DNA from: an uncultured Gemmatimonadales bacterium | GTDB taxonomy: Bacteria; Gemmatimonadota; Gemmatimonadetes; Gemmatimonadales; GWC2-71-9 | Direction: 5' to 3' | DNA: 64,000 nt | Assembly: GCA_963730915.1 (NCBI GenBank) | Contig: CAVSTR010000004.1 | Coordinates: forward strand, 215,014-279,013 | Part shown: positions 49,927 through 58,970 of the stretch, one piece after another | Layout: each line of letters opens with the position of its first letter | Numbering within the stretch: the stretch's first letter is position 1 | Translations under genes and position numbers: made by a program | The notes under the pieces: model-generated | The model's database searches: none | Told to the model about the DNA's origin: nothing | What the model saw: the letters and a program-made list of their open reading frames with translations, nothing else

Positions 49927-50526
49927 CTAGTTGGGCGCTCCCAGATACGGGAAGGTCGTGGTGACGGGGGAATCGAAGGCCACGTTGTCGGTCGTTAGAG
50001 CTTCCTTGCCTGCGGCGCCGTCAGGATCGGCCCCGAATGGATCGCCGAATACCGCCAGCAGCGCGAGATCCACGACGTCGTCCTGCAGCTTCCGTCCACC
50101 ATACCCATTAGAGAGCGGGGGAAGGTCCACCACGTTGAGCCAAGTCGCGGTGGCCGGATCCTTGTTGGTCTGCACCACCAGCATGTCGGGCAGAAGCACG
50201 GAGCCCAACGTGTTGGCGTAACCGGCCGAGCGGCCAGCCACGCTTCCAGTGCCGGTGATGAAAGACAGAATTTCCGGGCCTACCAGCGCTGCATCGTCCT
50301 GGGGCCCGATAGAGCCGTGGGTGGGATGACTGCGTTTAGCCAGGAGCACTTCGCTCACCAGCGGATTGCCCAGGCGCTGAACCTGATTGTACATGCGCGG
50401 GGTGCCGGGTCCCGTGCCGTTGTCGTTGTTGTCATCACTGCACGCGGCGGCCGTAAGACTCGCCGCGAAAACCACCGACATGAGCGCCAGACGACGCGCG
50501 GCCGGGCCGATAATGCGGAGCTGCAT
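49927..50526 (-). CDS. lipoprotein resembling the C-terminal half of DUF4331 proteins
   Basis: Internal Met MQLRIIGPAARRLALMSVVFAASLTAAACS (lipobox), then QRLGNPLVSEVLL...LPDMLVV...GGRKLQDDVVD... Confidence 0.6.
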   Translation of the reverse strand: MQLRIIGPAARRLALMSVVFAASLTAAACSDDNNDNGTGPGTPRMYNQVQRLGNPLVSEVLLAKRSHPTHGSIGPQDDAALVGPEILSFITGTGSVAGRSAGYANTLGSVLLPDMLVVQTNKDPATATWLNVVDLPPLSNGYGGRKLQDDVVDLALLAVFGDPFGADPDGAAGKEALTTDNVAFDSPVTTTFPYLGAPN

Positions 50527-50555
50527 GTTTCGCTTCCTCTCATTCACGTGTGTGG

Positions 50556-51305
50556 TCACTGGCTGATGGTCCCCCAGATGCCGAGCTTGCCGGGAGCGCC
50601 GTTCTCGATCATCGAGCTTGGAAGCTCGATTACGATGGAGTTGACGTTGTAGCCGCTGAGATAATTCACGCCCGGGTTGCGAAAGAAGAACGGGGCGGTA
50701 GTGCTCGGTTGAAGGGCGCATGCATCGGCGAGCTCTCCTCCTGCCGGTCGGCGATCGGGTAGAATGCAGAAGAAGGCCTCGAGATCGAGGAAGAAGGGAT
50801 CATCCCGCGGTCCGGCGAAGACCTGCACACCATTCGGGTCACCGAGGTTGGTGTTGAGCGCACCGGTGACCACCGGTGTGGCGTCGGCAACTTCATTCCC
50901 CATGGCACCCTGGACAGGTGGGGCAAGCGGACCCCGAACTGCAATCGTCTGGGCGGCTCCCGCTCCTGTGAAGCTCACCTGAATCACGCGGTCTTCCTTC
51001 GCATCACCCGTGTTGTCGACCTTGAACTGGTACAAGAGGTCATCGTCAAATGAGGCTTGGGCGGGGTCTTGGGCCTGGGCTGGTGTCAGAAAGGCCCGGG
51101 TATTCATGACCAGAGCGATACGGCCCGAGCCCGCACCGGGAAACGCGTAGACGTCGGTCATGTCGGTCTTGGGATTCAATTCAACGAACGGAGTGTCTTG
51201 ATGGTCTGAGCCGATCGCGATACCCACCGCGCCGCCGGCACCGAGCGCGACGAGCCCCAAGACGAGCGTACGCCGCCTCAGGGTGGGTCTTGAGTGCATG
51301 GCCAT
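50556..51305 (-). CDS. DUF4331-family exported protein (N-terminal-type domain)
   Basis: Signal (Tat-like RRRTLVLGLVALGAGGA), then SDHQDTPFVELNPKTDMTDVYAF...LYQFKVDNTGD...GPRDDPFF, the DUF4331 opening motif as I remember it. Confidence 0.7.
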   Translation of the reverse strand: MAMHSRPTLRRRTLVLGLVALGAGGAVGIAIGSDHQDTPFVELNPKTDMTDVYAFPGAGSGRIALVMNTRAFLTPAQAQDPAQASFDDDLLYQFKVDNTGDAKEDRVIQVSFTGAGAAQTIAVRGPLAPPVQGAMGNEVADATPVVTGALNTNLGDPNGVQVFAGPRDDPFFLDLEAFFCILPDRRPAGGELADACALQPSTTAPFFFRNPGVNYLSGYNVNSIVIELPSSMIENGAPGKLGIWGTISQ

Positions 51306-51518
51306 ACTTCTCCTTGCCGTTAGTGAGGCGGAACCGTCCAAAGCACGGTCTAGTGCTGTGTGTACGCCTGGAACCCACGACTGGATTCATACCTCTCGAA
51401 AAGATCCAATCGCAGGACCCCGGCGTATGGCCTACGCACGCAATGGATTTTATCGCTCACTGCAATGGAACGACGGAGACGGGTCGTACGTGTCGATGGC
51501 ATTCCCCGCTAGCGACAA

Positions 51519-52234
51519 ATGAGCTTTCGCATCGCCTGTCGTGTATTCGCCGGGGCCGCAGTGCCAGGCATAGTCGGCTGTCTTGGTCTCGGCCCATTCT
51601 CATCACACCTGGTTACGGCAGGCAATCCGACCCTCCGATTCGAGGTTTTTTTCGCCGGCCACACTCAGGGTCGGGGTACTCTCGAATTCCTTACCGGCCA
51701 GACGCGTAGCGTTGCGGGTCGAAGGCCATGGGCGCACTGAGGCCGACGGCAGCTTCCGACTCGACCAGGTCGTGACGTTCGGAGACGGTGCGGTAGAGAA
51801 GCGGACGTGGCGGCTAGTGAAGCGCGACTGGCAGTACCTATACCGGCAGGCTCAGCAATGCGGACGGAACAGTGTCTGCGGAGGTGATTGGCAACAGATT
51901 CCATTTGCGCTATCTAATGCGACAACCGGCCATTTACATGGAGCAGTACCTCTATCTGCAGCCGGATGGCCGGACGGTACTCAACTTGGCGACGATTACA
52001 GTGGTCGGCCAACCGTGGGCAAGACTTACCGAGGAAATCACGAGAGTAGATGAGCCCGACCGGGATCGAGAAGGTAGCGTTCACATCGGGCACATAGAAA
52101 CTCATCTGGTCGCACAGAAAACCGCTGGATGCCTGGCAGCGTTACTTACCAGACCTCATCGGAGCGACCATGCCCGCCCATTTCTCCACGATCCTGTGCG
52201 TGTTCGCCGCTGGACTCTATGCAGCCGGCGCTAG
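51519..52234 (+). pseudogene. DUF3833-family lipoprotein, two frameshifts; 3' end uncertain
   Basis: MSFRIACRVFAGAAVPGIVGC (lipobox)...LRFEVFFAGHTQGRGTLEF in ORF 51519..51740. RVEGHGRTEADGSFRLDQVVTFGDGAVEKRTWRLVKRD in ORF 51583..52053. VIGNRFHLRYLMRQP...YLYLQPDGRTVLNLATI in ORF 51872..52234. Confidence 0.6.
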
Positions 52235-52673
52235 CGATTCCCGCCTGGCGGGCCCCGGAACGTCCGGCCCCCGTCCGGCGCCGGCTTGGGACAACTCCAG
52301 CTGGCTCAATGGCGATACGGCGATACGCCTGGACCAGCTCCAGGGCAGGGTGGTGCTGCTCAACTTCTGGGTGTTCACCTGTGGCAACTGCACCCGAACC
52401 CTGCCCTCGCTGATTGCGCTCGATAGCGTCTACGGCTCGCAGGGCCTGACGCTCCTCGGCATCCACACACCTGAGTTCCCTCCATATGCAGGCGAGCACG
52501 ACCGGAAAAACCTGGCTCAGGCCCTCGTCCGCTATGGCATTGCGTACCCCAACGCCCAGGATAACGACAGCCGCACGTGGAACCGTTACAGCATTCGCTT
52601 CTGGCCCAGCTTCGTTCTTATCGACAAGCGCGGGTTCATTCGCTACGAAGGGCCTCCGACTTGGAGGCCCTAA
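52170..52673 (+). CDS. thioredoxin-like (TlpA/DipZ C-domain type) redoxin
   Basis: Signal peptide, then VVLLNFWVFTCGNCTRTLP...GLTLLGIHTPEFP...YPNAQDND...WPSFVLIDKRGFIRY. The last codons (EGPPTWRP*) are encoded by the tRNA-flank hairpin. Confidence 0.8.
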   Translation: MPAHFSTILCVFAAGLYAAGASDSRLAGPGTSGPRPAPAWDNSSWLNGDTAIRLDQLQGRVVLLNFWVFTCGNCTRTLPSLIALDSVYGSQGLTLLGIHTPEFPPYAGEHDRKNLAQALVRYGIAYPNAQDNDSRTWNRYSIRFWPSFVLIDKRGFIRYEGPPTWRP

Positions 52674-52690
52674 GTCGTTGTGGTTCAGAG

Positions 52691-52762
<72 letters not shown>

Positions 52763-52776
52763 GCGGGGGGAATGAT

Positions 52777-52882
52777 AGGGCGGTAGGGCGGTAGGGCGGT
52801 AGGGCGGTCATGTACAGGTCCTGTGACCATCGCCTTCGTTACCTGCCACATTCCATCTACCGCTTGACCGCCTTACCGCCCT
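52777..52882. repeat. palindromic tandem-repeat element ((A)GGGCGGT x4 vs CTACCGC../CTTACCGCCC)
   Basis: AGGGCGGTAGGGCGGTAGGGCGGTAGGGCGGT (52777-52808), a 48-nt core, then CTACCGCTTGACCGCCTTACCGCCCT (52857-52882). It is directly upstream of the tRNA-Cys 5' end. Confidence 0.7.
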
Positions 52883-52956
52883 TGCGGACTGGCCATATTC
52901 GGCGTCCATTAGAGCCCGAGCTATATACCACACCTATTGCAGCCGCAGGGGGTACG

Positions 52957-53196
52957 GTGCAGCACGATATACGGGAGGCCCGACTGAAACCGGAGTTCGC
53001 GGATATGTATCCGGCCATCGAGCCGGATGTCTGGCTTCCCGCCACAACAGTGGGACAACAGCTGCTGCTGTGGCACCTCGCGAAAGGGATTACTCCGCAG
53101 GGCGAGCGATTGATGGGGGAGGAGCACTTCGAATTTCGGGGTGGACTACGGCTCGGCGGACGAAACGGCGTCCGAACCCGAGCCGGAGACCACTAG
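52957..53196 (+). CDS. small conserved hypothetical protein (79 aa), paralog of 30307..30546
   Basis: In-frame GTG at 52957 of ORF 52810..53196: VQHDIREARLKPEFADMYPAIEPDVWLPA...LMGEEHFEFRGG. The upstream part of the ORF is repeat-encoded. Confidence 0.5.
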   Translation: MQHDIREARLKPEFADMYPAIEPDVWLPATTVGQQLLLWHLAKGITPQGERLMGEEHFEFRGGLRLGGRNGVRTRAGDH

Positions 53197-53199
53197 CCG

Positions 53200-54768
53200 T
53201 TAATTGACTGCAGACCCGATCTGCACCGCTTTGACCATGGCCGGCTCGGTCGTGGCATGCAGGTAGGCGTTGGGATCGTGCTCCAGTGCACCCTCGGGCA
53301 GGAAGTCGTACGCCGGGCCGAGCTCCCGCCGAATCCGCTCGGCGTAGAACTCGGGCAGCTGACGGGTTTCCCCTTCCATGTAGCTCCTCACTGATCGGTC
53401 GGTCTGGAGCAGGCCCTGGATCGTCTCGTGATACCGGATCCGGCCGAATCCCTCCGATGAGACCGCACGCACCACGTTCATCCACTTGGGAATCATGGTC
53501 GGTGTCGCCGGGATCCGGCGTGCGATAGCCTTCCAGGAGAAGGAATACCGCGTGACATCGACCAGGCCCTTGTAGAACTCCGGCCAGGTGTAGTTCTTCG
53601 GCCGGACATTCATGGCGTGGTTGTTGTTCAGGAAGTGGAACGGGAACGGCAGAACCCGCCCCGCGCGCTGGTAGTCCAGGTTCATCGGCGCCGCTCGGCC
53701 GAAGGCCGAAAGCAGCGAGTAAGCCGGGAACGCGCCCGGCGACAGGTCGATGAACTTCTTGGTGAGCTCGAACGGTTCATCGCCCATGTCGCCATCCAGC
53801 CCCATGACGAAGTTGGTCTGGATGTACGGGATGTAGCGCAGGATCATGTTCACGTGCTCGGAGACCTGCTTGACCTTGTCCATTCCCTTCTGGCGGGTCT
53901 TCGACTTGTTGCCCAGATCGTACCACGACTCGATTCCGGGAAGAATGGCCTGAAAGCCGTTCTGCCGGAGCCGTTGCAGGTGTTTTTCCGAGAGGAGCGA
54001 CAGACTGCTTTCCGCGATGTGACGCATGCTTCCCTGTGGGACCGCCGCCTCCACCGCCTCCATGTAATCGTCGAACCGAACCCCGAAGTTCGGGTCGTGC
54101 CAGCCCACAATGGGATTCTTGATCTTGGTCAGCAGGAACTTCAGGTCGTCCCGGAGCTGAGCGAAGCTGAGCGGCTGGTAGTCAACGGTTGAATCGATGC
54201 AGAAGCTGCAGGTATAGGGACAACCCAGACTGCCGATCATCGGGATGATCTTGATCGTCGGCGCCTTGGCCAGTGTGGGTTCGACGAACTTCCAGCGTTC
54301 CTGCAGGGTCGGCAGCTCCAGCGGCTGGGTGGCGGCCGAGATCTGCCGGCCCATCGGCCGGTGGGGCTCGCATTCCCGGCACACCTCTGCAATCGTGTTC
54401 CGGTCGGTAAATCCAAGCACGTAGTCGTAGTACTTCTTGGCATCTTCCGGGTAGCAGCGGGCGTGCGGGCCGCCGAGTACGGTGACCGCTCCCCGCTTGC
54501 GGAAGAAGTTGCTCAGGGCGTAGGCCAGCTGCGCCGATTGGGTGAAGGCGCCGATGAAGACCAGATCGAGATTGGCGGGAAGCTCCTCGAGCAGATCCTC
54601 CATGCCGGTATAGCAGACGAACTGGACTTCGTGGCCTTCCTGCTCGCACCACACACCGACGACCTGGGGCATGATGCTGGCGAGGTTGGCATTCATCACT
54701 CGCCCGTACAGCGATGGATTGGGACTTTTCGTTACAAGATCAAGGATGCCGATGCGGAGCCGGCGCAT
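53200..54768 (-). CDS. radical SAM enzyme with N-terminal B12-binding-like (Rossmann) domain
   Basis: From internal Met MRRLRIGILDLV...DLVFIGAFT...VLGGPHA (B12-binding-like fold), the CxxxCxxC cluster GCPYTCSFC, then a long C-terminal domain. No specific subfamily recognised. Confidence 0.8.
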   Translation of the reverse strand: MRRLRIGILDLVTKSPNPSLYGRVMNANLASIMPQVVGVWCEQEGHEVQFVCYTGMEDLLEELPANLDLVFIGAFTQSAQLAYALSNFFRKRGAVTVLGGPHARCYPEDAKKYYDYVLGFTDRNTIAEVCRECEPHRPMGRQISAATQPLELPTLQERWKFVEPTLAKAPTIKIIPMIGSLGCPYTCSFCIDSTVDYQPLSFAQLRDDLKFLLTKIKNPIVGWHDPNFGVRFDDYMEAVEAAVPQGSMRHIAESSLSLLSEKHLQRLRQNGFQAILPGIESWYDLGNKSKTRQKGMDKVKQVSEHVNMILRYIPYIQTNFVMGLDGDMGDEPFELTKKFIDLSPGAFPAYSLLSAFGRAAPMNLDYQRAGRVLPFPFHFLNNNHAMNVRPKNYTWPEFYKGLVDVTRYSFSWKAIARRIPATPTMIPKWMNVVRAVSSEGFGRIRYHETIQGLLQTDRSVRSYMEGETRQLPEFYAERIRRELGPAYDFLPEGALEHDPNAYLHATTEPAMVKAVQIGSAVN

Positions 54769-54946
54769 GTAGGTGTCTCGTATTCGGGGACGGCCGATTC
54801 CCCTAGGCAGACCCAAAGCTGCGGTCGGCAACGTACGAAGCGGGATGACCTCAAGAGGAGCCGTGGGGCCGGTGGAAAACTCCCATCGAGGGCCACCGTT
54901 GAGATGGCGGCTGATGGGTCCCGGACCGCGGCATGGCGAATTGCGC

Positions 54947-55877
54947 CTAGAAGATCACCCGAAGGGGTGCGGATAGCAAGCGGAGGCCTGCGGCCGGCAT
55001 GTGGAGCCGCAGGGCCTTGGGTCTGATCCGGTACTCCAGCGGCGAATCGAGCACAACCACCTCGCCATCCAGGGCGACCTGCAGGCGGCGACCGCCGGGT
55101 CTCGACCGTGACCTGCTCCACCGTAAGCAGGTCCAGCTCATCAACCTGCTCGGCGCCTCGGATCAAGAGCTGACCCGCCAGGCGCAGCAAGCCGGGTCTC
55201 CGCTCGGCGTTCAGCACGTACACAGCCAGCGTTCCTCGTGCGAGAGATTCACGTGACGCCGCGTGAATCCCGATCATGCGATACTCGTTGTTCGCCACGA
55301 GCACGAGCGGCGTCCTCCGGATGATGGTTTTCTCATCGACCACGATCCGGACGGCCATAAATGGGTTCCGTCGCAGCACGGTCAGCGCGGCCCACAGCGC
55401 GGCAATCCATTTGCCTCCCACCTTCGTCCGATATCGCTCCCGCAGGCGTACGATGGCGGGGTAAACCCCGAGACTCGAGTTGTTCAGGAAGACCCTCCCA
55501 TTGAGCTCGCCCACATCCACCTGGCAGACGACCCCATCGAGCACCACCTTGGCCGCTTCCTCCACATCGAGGGGAAAGCCGAGATCCTTCGCGAAGTGAT
55601 TCAGCGTGCCCAGTGGCAGGACCCCAAGGGGAATACCGTGATCGAGCACCGCCGCGGCGCCGGTGCTGATGGTGCCATCGCCCCCGCCCGCTACCAGCGT
55701 GTCGCAGCCATCGGCAACCTCACGGCGCATGGCGGAGCTGATCTGTGATCCGCCCTTGGCCAGCGTGATTCGGGCTTCGCGGCCGGCGGCAGCAAAGATC
55801 TCCTTCAGCCGGTCCGCGGCTTCTACCGATGCACCTTGTCCGGAGGACGCGTTCAACACCACCCCGATATGACCCAC
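54947..55877 (-). CDS. diacylglycerol-kinase-like (YegS/LCB5 family) lipid kinase, one frameshift near 55095
   Basis: GVVLNASSG...DTLVAGGGDGTISTGA...LGVLPLGTLNHFAKDLG... in ORF 54732..55877. The proper C-terminus LQVALDGEVVVLDSPLEYRIRPKALRLHMP is in ORF 54947..55144. GTG start overlaps the PAP2 stop. Confidence 0.8.
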
Positions 55878-56572
55878 TAGCGGCGCCGCCGCCGGTGACG
55901 CGCCAACCGATCTCCCAGGGCGACGAATGTCACCCAGATGACCGCAATCGAGTACCCGGCCAGCACATCGCTGGGATAGTGCACCCCGAGATACACCCGG
56001 GAAAAGCCGACCAGCAGGATGAGGAAGACAGCGGCCAACCAGACAGCCACTCTGAGCGGACCGTGTTTCAACCGGGCAGTGAGCAAGGCGGCCAGTCCTC
56101 CAAAAATGCTCGCGGCATACAGGGCGTGGCCGCTGGGAAAGCTGGGCGAGGTGGGCAGAGGATAATCGAAAAATGCTTCAGGGCGAACCCGGGCAAACGT
56201 CACCTTCAGCAGCCAGTTGAGCAGGGCGGCACCCGCCACCGTCAGCCCCACCAGGAGCGCTCCACGGTGCCAACCATGAATGAGAAAGGCAAACGCGGCA
56301 ATCACTGCCGCAGGGATCAACACGACCGGACCGCCGTAGTAGCTCGCTGCCACCATGATCGCGGTCAACGTCGGGGAAGCAGAGGCCTGAGCCAGCGTTC
56401 TGAGATGCGAATCCAGTCTCAGCACTTCACCCTCGAGCACTTCCCGGCCGAGCCAGGTAAAGAGTAGCAGAGCCAGGCCCGCAGCGAGTAAGCCGGCTAT
56501 CAGCGCTGCAGTCATAAGCCGCTGCCCTTCCTCCACGGTAGGGAGCGTCTCTGGAGGCGTCGGTGCGTTCAT
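55877..56572 (-). CDS. PAP2-family phosphatase (membrane)
   Basis: All three PAP2 motifs are present: KVTFARVRP, PSGH, SRVYLGVHYPSDV. Six TM-like segments. Confidence 0.85.
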   Translation of the reverse strand: MNAPTPPETLPTVEEGQRLMTAALIAGLLAAGLALLLFTWLGREVLEGEVLRLDSHLRTLAQASASPTLTAIMVAASYYGGPVVLIPAAVIAAFAFLIHGWHRGALLVGLTVAGAALLNWLLKVTFARVRPEAFFDYPLPTSPSFPSGHALYAASIFGGLAALLTARLKHGPLRVAVWLAAVFLILLVGFSRVYLGVHYPSDVLAGYSIAVIWVTFVALGDRLARHRRRRR

Positions 56573-56667
56573 GGCTGAATTGAGGATGCCGGCTGGTTTC
56601 TCGCAAGCGGGTGGGATACGATGAAGAGAGTCGTCAGTCGCCAGTCGTCAGTCATATTGGAGCCATC

Positions 56668-56787
56668 ATGAACGATCCAGGCAACGTCAACCGTCGGCGC
56701 GGTCTCACTGTGCTCGCACTCGTTCTGCTGATCCTCGCTCTGGTGGTCGCCGCGTTCTTCCTGGTGCCGTATCTGCAGAGCCTCTAG
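56668..56787 (+). CDS. possible 39-aa single-pass membrane peptide
   Basis: Own reading: ATG 56668 MNDPGNVNRRRGLTVLALVLLILALVVAAFFLVPYLQSL TAG 56785-56787. Below the ORF-track length cutoff. No other support. Confidence 0.25.
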   Translation: MNDPGNVNRRRGLTVLALVLLILALVVAAFFLVPYLQSL

Positions 56788-57287
56788 CGGATCATCAGCT
56801 TCTTGATGAGCTGGATCTGACCGGTGTGATATAAATCGTGGGCCGCAACGCCGTGAATCTCCTCGGCGTTGGTCCAGACTCCTTGGGGCGAGCGCTCCTC
56901 GAGCCTGGCGGGTGGCAGCGTGCGGACGGTCTCCCGCAGCAGCCGATGCTCGCTCTCGAGCAACCGGATGTCCAGCTTCCAGGCCTTCGCATCTGCGTTC
57001 TTTGGGACCAGGGGCCAGTTGCTGGGCTTTCGCGCGAACGATCCCATGGCATCGCCTACCAGCCGTCGCCGGACGGCGTACTTCCAGTACGCGGCGTGGA
57101 CGGTGAGCTCCCAGATGTTGTGACGTCCGCGTGCAGGCCGCCACTGTGCCTGCTCGTGACGTATGCCCCGCAGAGACCCGCGCAGCGTCGTTCCGTGCCA
57201 GCCCTTCCGGTCGAATGCCTGGTCGAGAATCTCCAGCAGAAGCTCGATTCGTACATCCATCTCCTGGCGTATGGCTCGGGCACTCAT
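56784..57287 (-). CDS. DinB-family (DinB_2-like) four-helix-bundle protein
   Basis: WELTVHAAYWKY...ESEHRLL...GVAAHDLYHTGQI gives the His triad spacing typical of the DinB superfamily. Confidence 0.7.
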   Translation of the reverse strand: MSARAIRQEMDVRIELLLEILDQAFDRKGWHGTTLRGSLRGIRHEQAQWRPARGRHNIWELTVHAAYWKYAVRRRLVGDAMGSFARKPSNWPLVPKNADAKAWKLDIRLLESEHRLLRETVRTLPPARLEERSPQGVWTNAEEIHGVAAHDLYHTGQIQLIKKLMIR

Positions 57288-57312
57288 CCAGCCTCCCCTT
57301 CGGAGCTCTGTA

Positions 57313-58914
57313 CTAGGTGGGTCGCCTCGTAGGTGCGCTGAAGGCGAAGCCCTTGCCGACCGTCAGCACCCAACCGCCCGGCTCGACGTCGGTCGCGAAC
57401 CGGCGGGCGAGATCGAACCGCAACGCATCAGTGTCAGTCGAGCGGCTTGCCCCCAGCCTCAACCCTACGCCTGCGTCCCAACCCATTCTCTTCGGCGAGC
57501 CCGAGTACCAGGCACCGCCGTGGTCTACGAAGCCGGCTATTCCCAGCCCGAGCAGGCGAAAAAGGTCGTCCACCACGGTATAGCGATATTCGGCCGAGAG
57601 GAATATCGACCGGTCTCCGGTGAAGGCGTGACTGCCGAACGCGCGCGGGCCGCTGCCGAGACCGAGATCGAACTCCTCGCCCGGGAGCGGATCCTCCAGC
57701 CAGCCGGCTTCCGCGTGAAACACCGCCATGTGGCGCGCGGCCGGCTTGAATACGGTGGTGGCGGCGATCTGCACTGAACCGGAGTCGAGGCCGGCACCGG
57801 TGAAGAGTCCATTGGCGATCGCGTCCAGAAACGCGAAGCCTCCCGGGATCCGCGCACCGACTCTGCCGCCCAGCTCCGGACCAATGCCGTCGCGCTCATA
57901 GCCGAAGAGGCGTGGCGCCGCATTCAAGCCCACACGGAGCGTAGTCCCGAGATCCACGTCTTCTTCACGGGCAAATCCGGCGTACCCCTGCGTCACGATG
58001 AAGCGGGCCCGGTTGTACACCAGGTAGGTGCCGATGATACCCGTCACATTGCGAGGAAACGGATCGGTGGAGTTCTCACGCAGGAAGTCGTCACGACGGA
58101 TCGAGCCCGCCAGGCCGACCCGAACGAAGCCGGCGGTCGAGGCGCGCAGCGCCTTGGCCACCGAGCCACCAACCAGTGTGTAGCGCCGCCGGAGTGTGTC
58201 GGATGCCGTCTCGAAGCCATTCCTGAACTGGAGCACCCGTTCTTCGCGATCCTCCGCCGAGAAGCGGAAGGCACGAGTGGAGGTCATCGAGAAGAAAGGC
58301 TGGTCCAGCCCCAGACTCATCGACTTTCCGTCGGACTTGTTCTCATACGACACGCCCAGTCCGATCGCGCCGGCGAACAGGCGTGGACGCCGAAACGACA
58401 TCGCGACGGTGGAGCGGTCTGGATCCTTCCGATACCGGATCGCGGCGGCGGAGGCAGTGCCCAGCAGATTGTTTTCCACCAGCCCGATCGTGAAGGCGAC
58501 TTCACCTCCTGTGCTGCGAAACCTCCAGTCCGCCTGGGTGCTCCAGCCATCCTTGGCGAGCACCCTGAGCAGCAGACCATCGCTGGTGCGCACGCTGTCG
58601 ATCTGGACCCGGCGGAAGATCCCCATGGCCCGAAGGTTCCGCTCAGACTCCGCCACGAGGGCCGAGTCGTATGGCTGGCCTACCTCGAACAGGAGCTCAC
58701 GGCGGATGACGGCGGGTTGGGTCTGGAAGTGAAGCTTGTTGGCCAGCCTGGCAAACCAGCTCTTCTCATTGGGATCGAAGATGTCGCGGCGCTCGAGCTG
58801 CACCCCGCGTACGATCATGTGGGGATCCACGACAGAGGAATCCCCCACAGTTTGGGCGGAGAGACCAATTGGCAGCAAGACGACCACGAATGGCAAACAA
58901 CGCCGAAGCAGCAA
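57313..58914 (-). CDS. Omp85/BamA-family outer-membrane protein (POTRA plus surface-antigen barrel)
   Basis: POTRA-like VRGVQLERRDIF...IRRELLFEVGQPYDSALVAESERNLRAMGIFRRV, then barrel strands to the C-terminal ...VLTVGKGFAF. The start is uncertain. TTG 58914 gives the signal LLLRRCLPFVVVLLPIGLSAQ without overlapping the upstream gene; the ORF track extends to 59067. Confidence 0.75.
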   Translation of the reverse strand: MLLRRCLPFVVVLLPIGLSAQTVGDSSVVDPHMIVRGVQLERRDIFDPNEKSWFARLANKLHFQTQPAVIRRELLFEVGQPYDSALVAESERNLRAMGIFRRVQIDSVRTSDGLLLRVLAKDGWSTQADWRFRSTGGEVAFTIGLVENNLLGTASAAAIRYRKDPDRSTVAMSFRRPRLFAGAIGLGVSYENKSDGKSMSLGLDQPFFSMTSTRAFRFSAEDREERVLQFRNGFETASDTLRRRYTLVGGSVAKALRASTAGFVRVGLAGSIRRDDFLRENSTDPFPRNVTGIIGTYLVYNRARFIVTQGYAGFAREEDVDLGTTLRVGLNAAPRLFGYERDGIGPELGGRVGARIPGGFAFLDAIANGLFTGAGLDSGSVQIAATTVFKPAARHMAVFHAEAGWLEDPLPGEEFDLGLGSGPRAFGSHAFTGDRSIFLSAEYRYTVVDDLFRLLGLGIAGFVDHGGAWYSGSPKRMGWDAGVGLRLGASRSTDTDALRFDLARRFATDVEPGGWVLTVGKGFAFSAPTRRPT

Positions 58915-58970
58915 CAGAACTCCAGGTATAAATGCGGCAGACTGGCGGAGCCGGAAGATAAGAGGTTTGC

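Larger units (their letters stand above)
47160..52690. mobile_element. island segment III, adjacent to the intact tRNA-Cys
   Basis: Bounded by copy 47118-47159 and the full tRNA. Conserved end module 47160-47360, including CTGAACCTCCCCAAAAACCTTCCCAT and a degraded integrase end (...ALIETLHLK*). Cargo is DUF6702, HupE/UreJ, TPR, two DUF4331-type proteins, DUF3833 and a thioredoxin-like protein. Confidence 0.6.
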
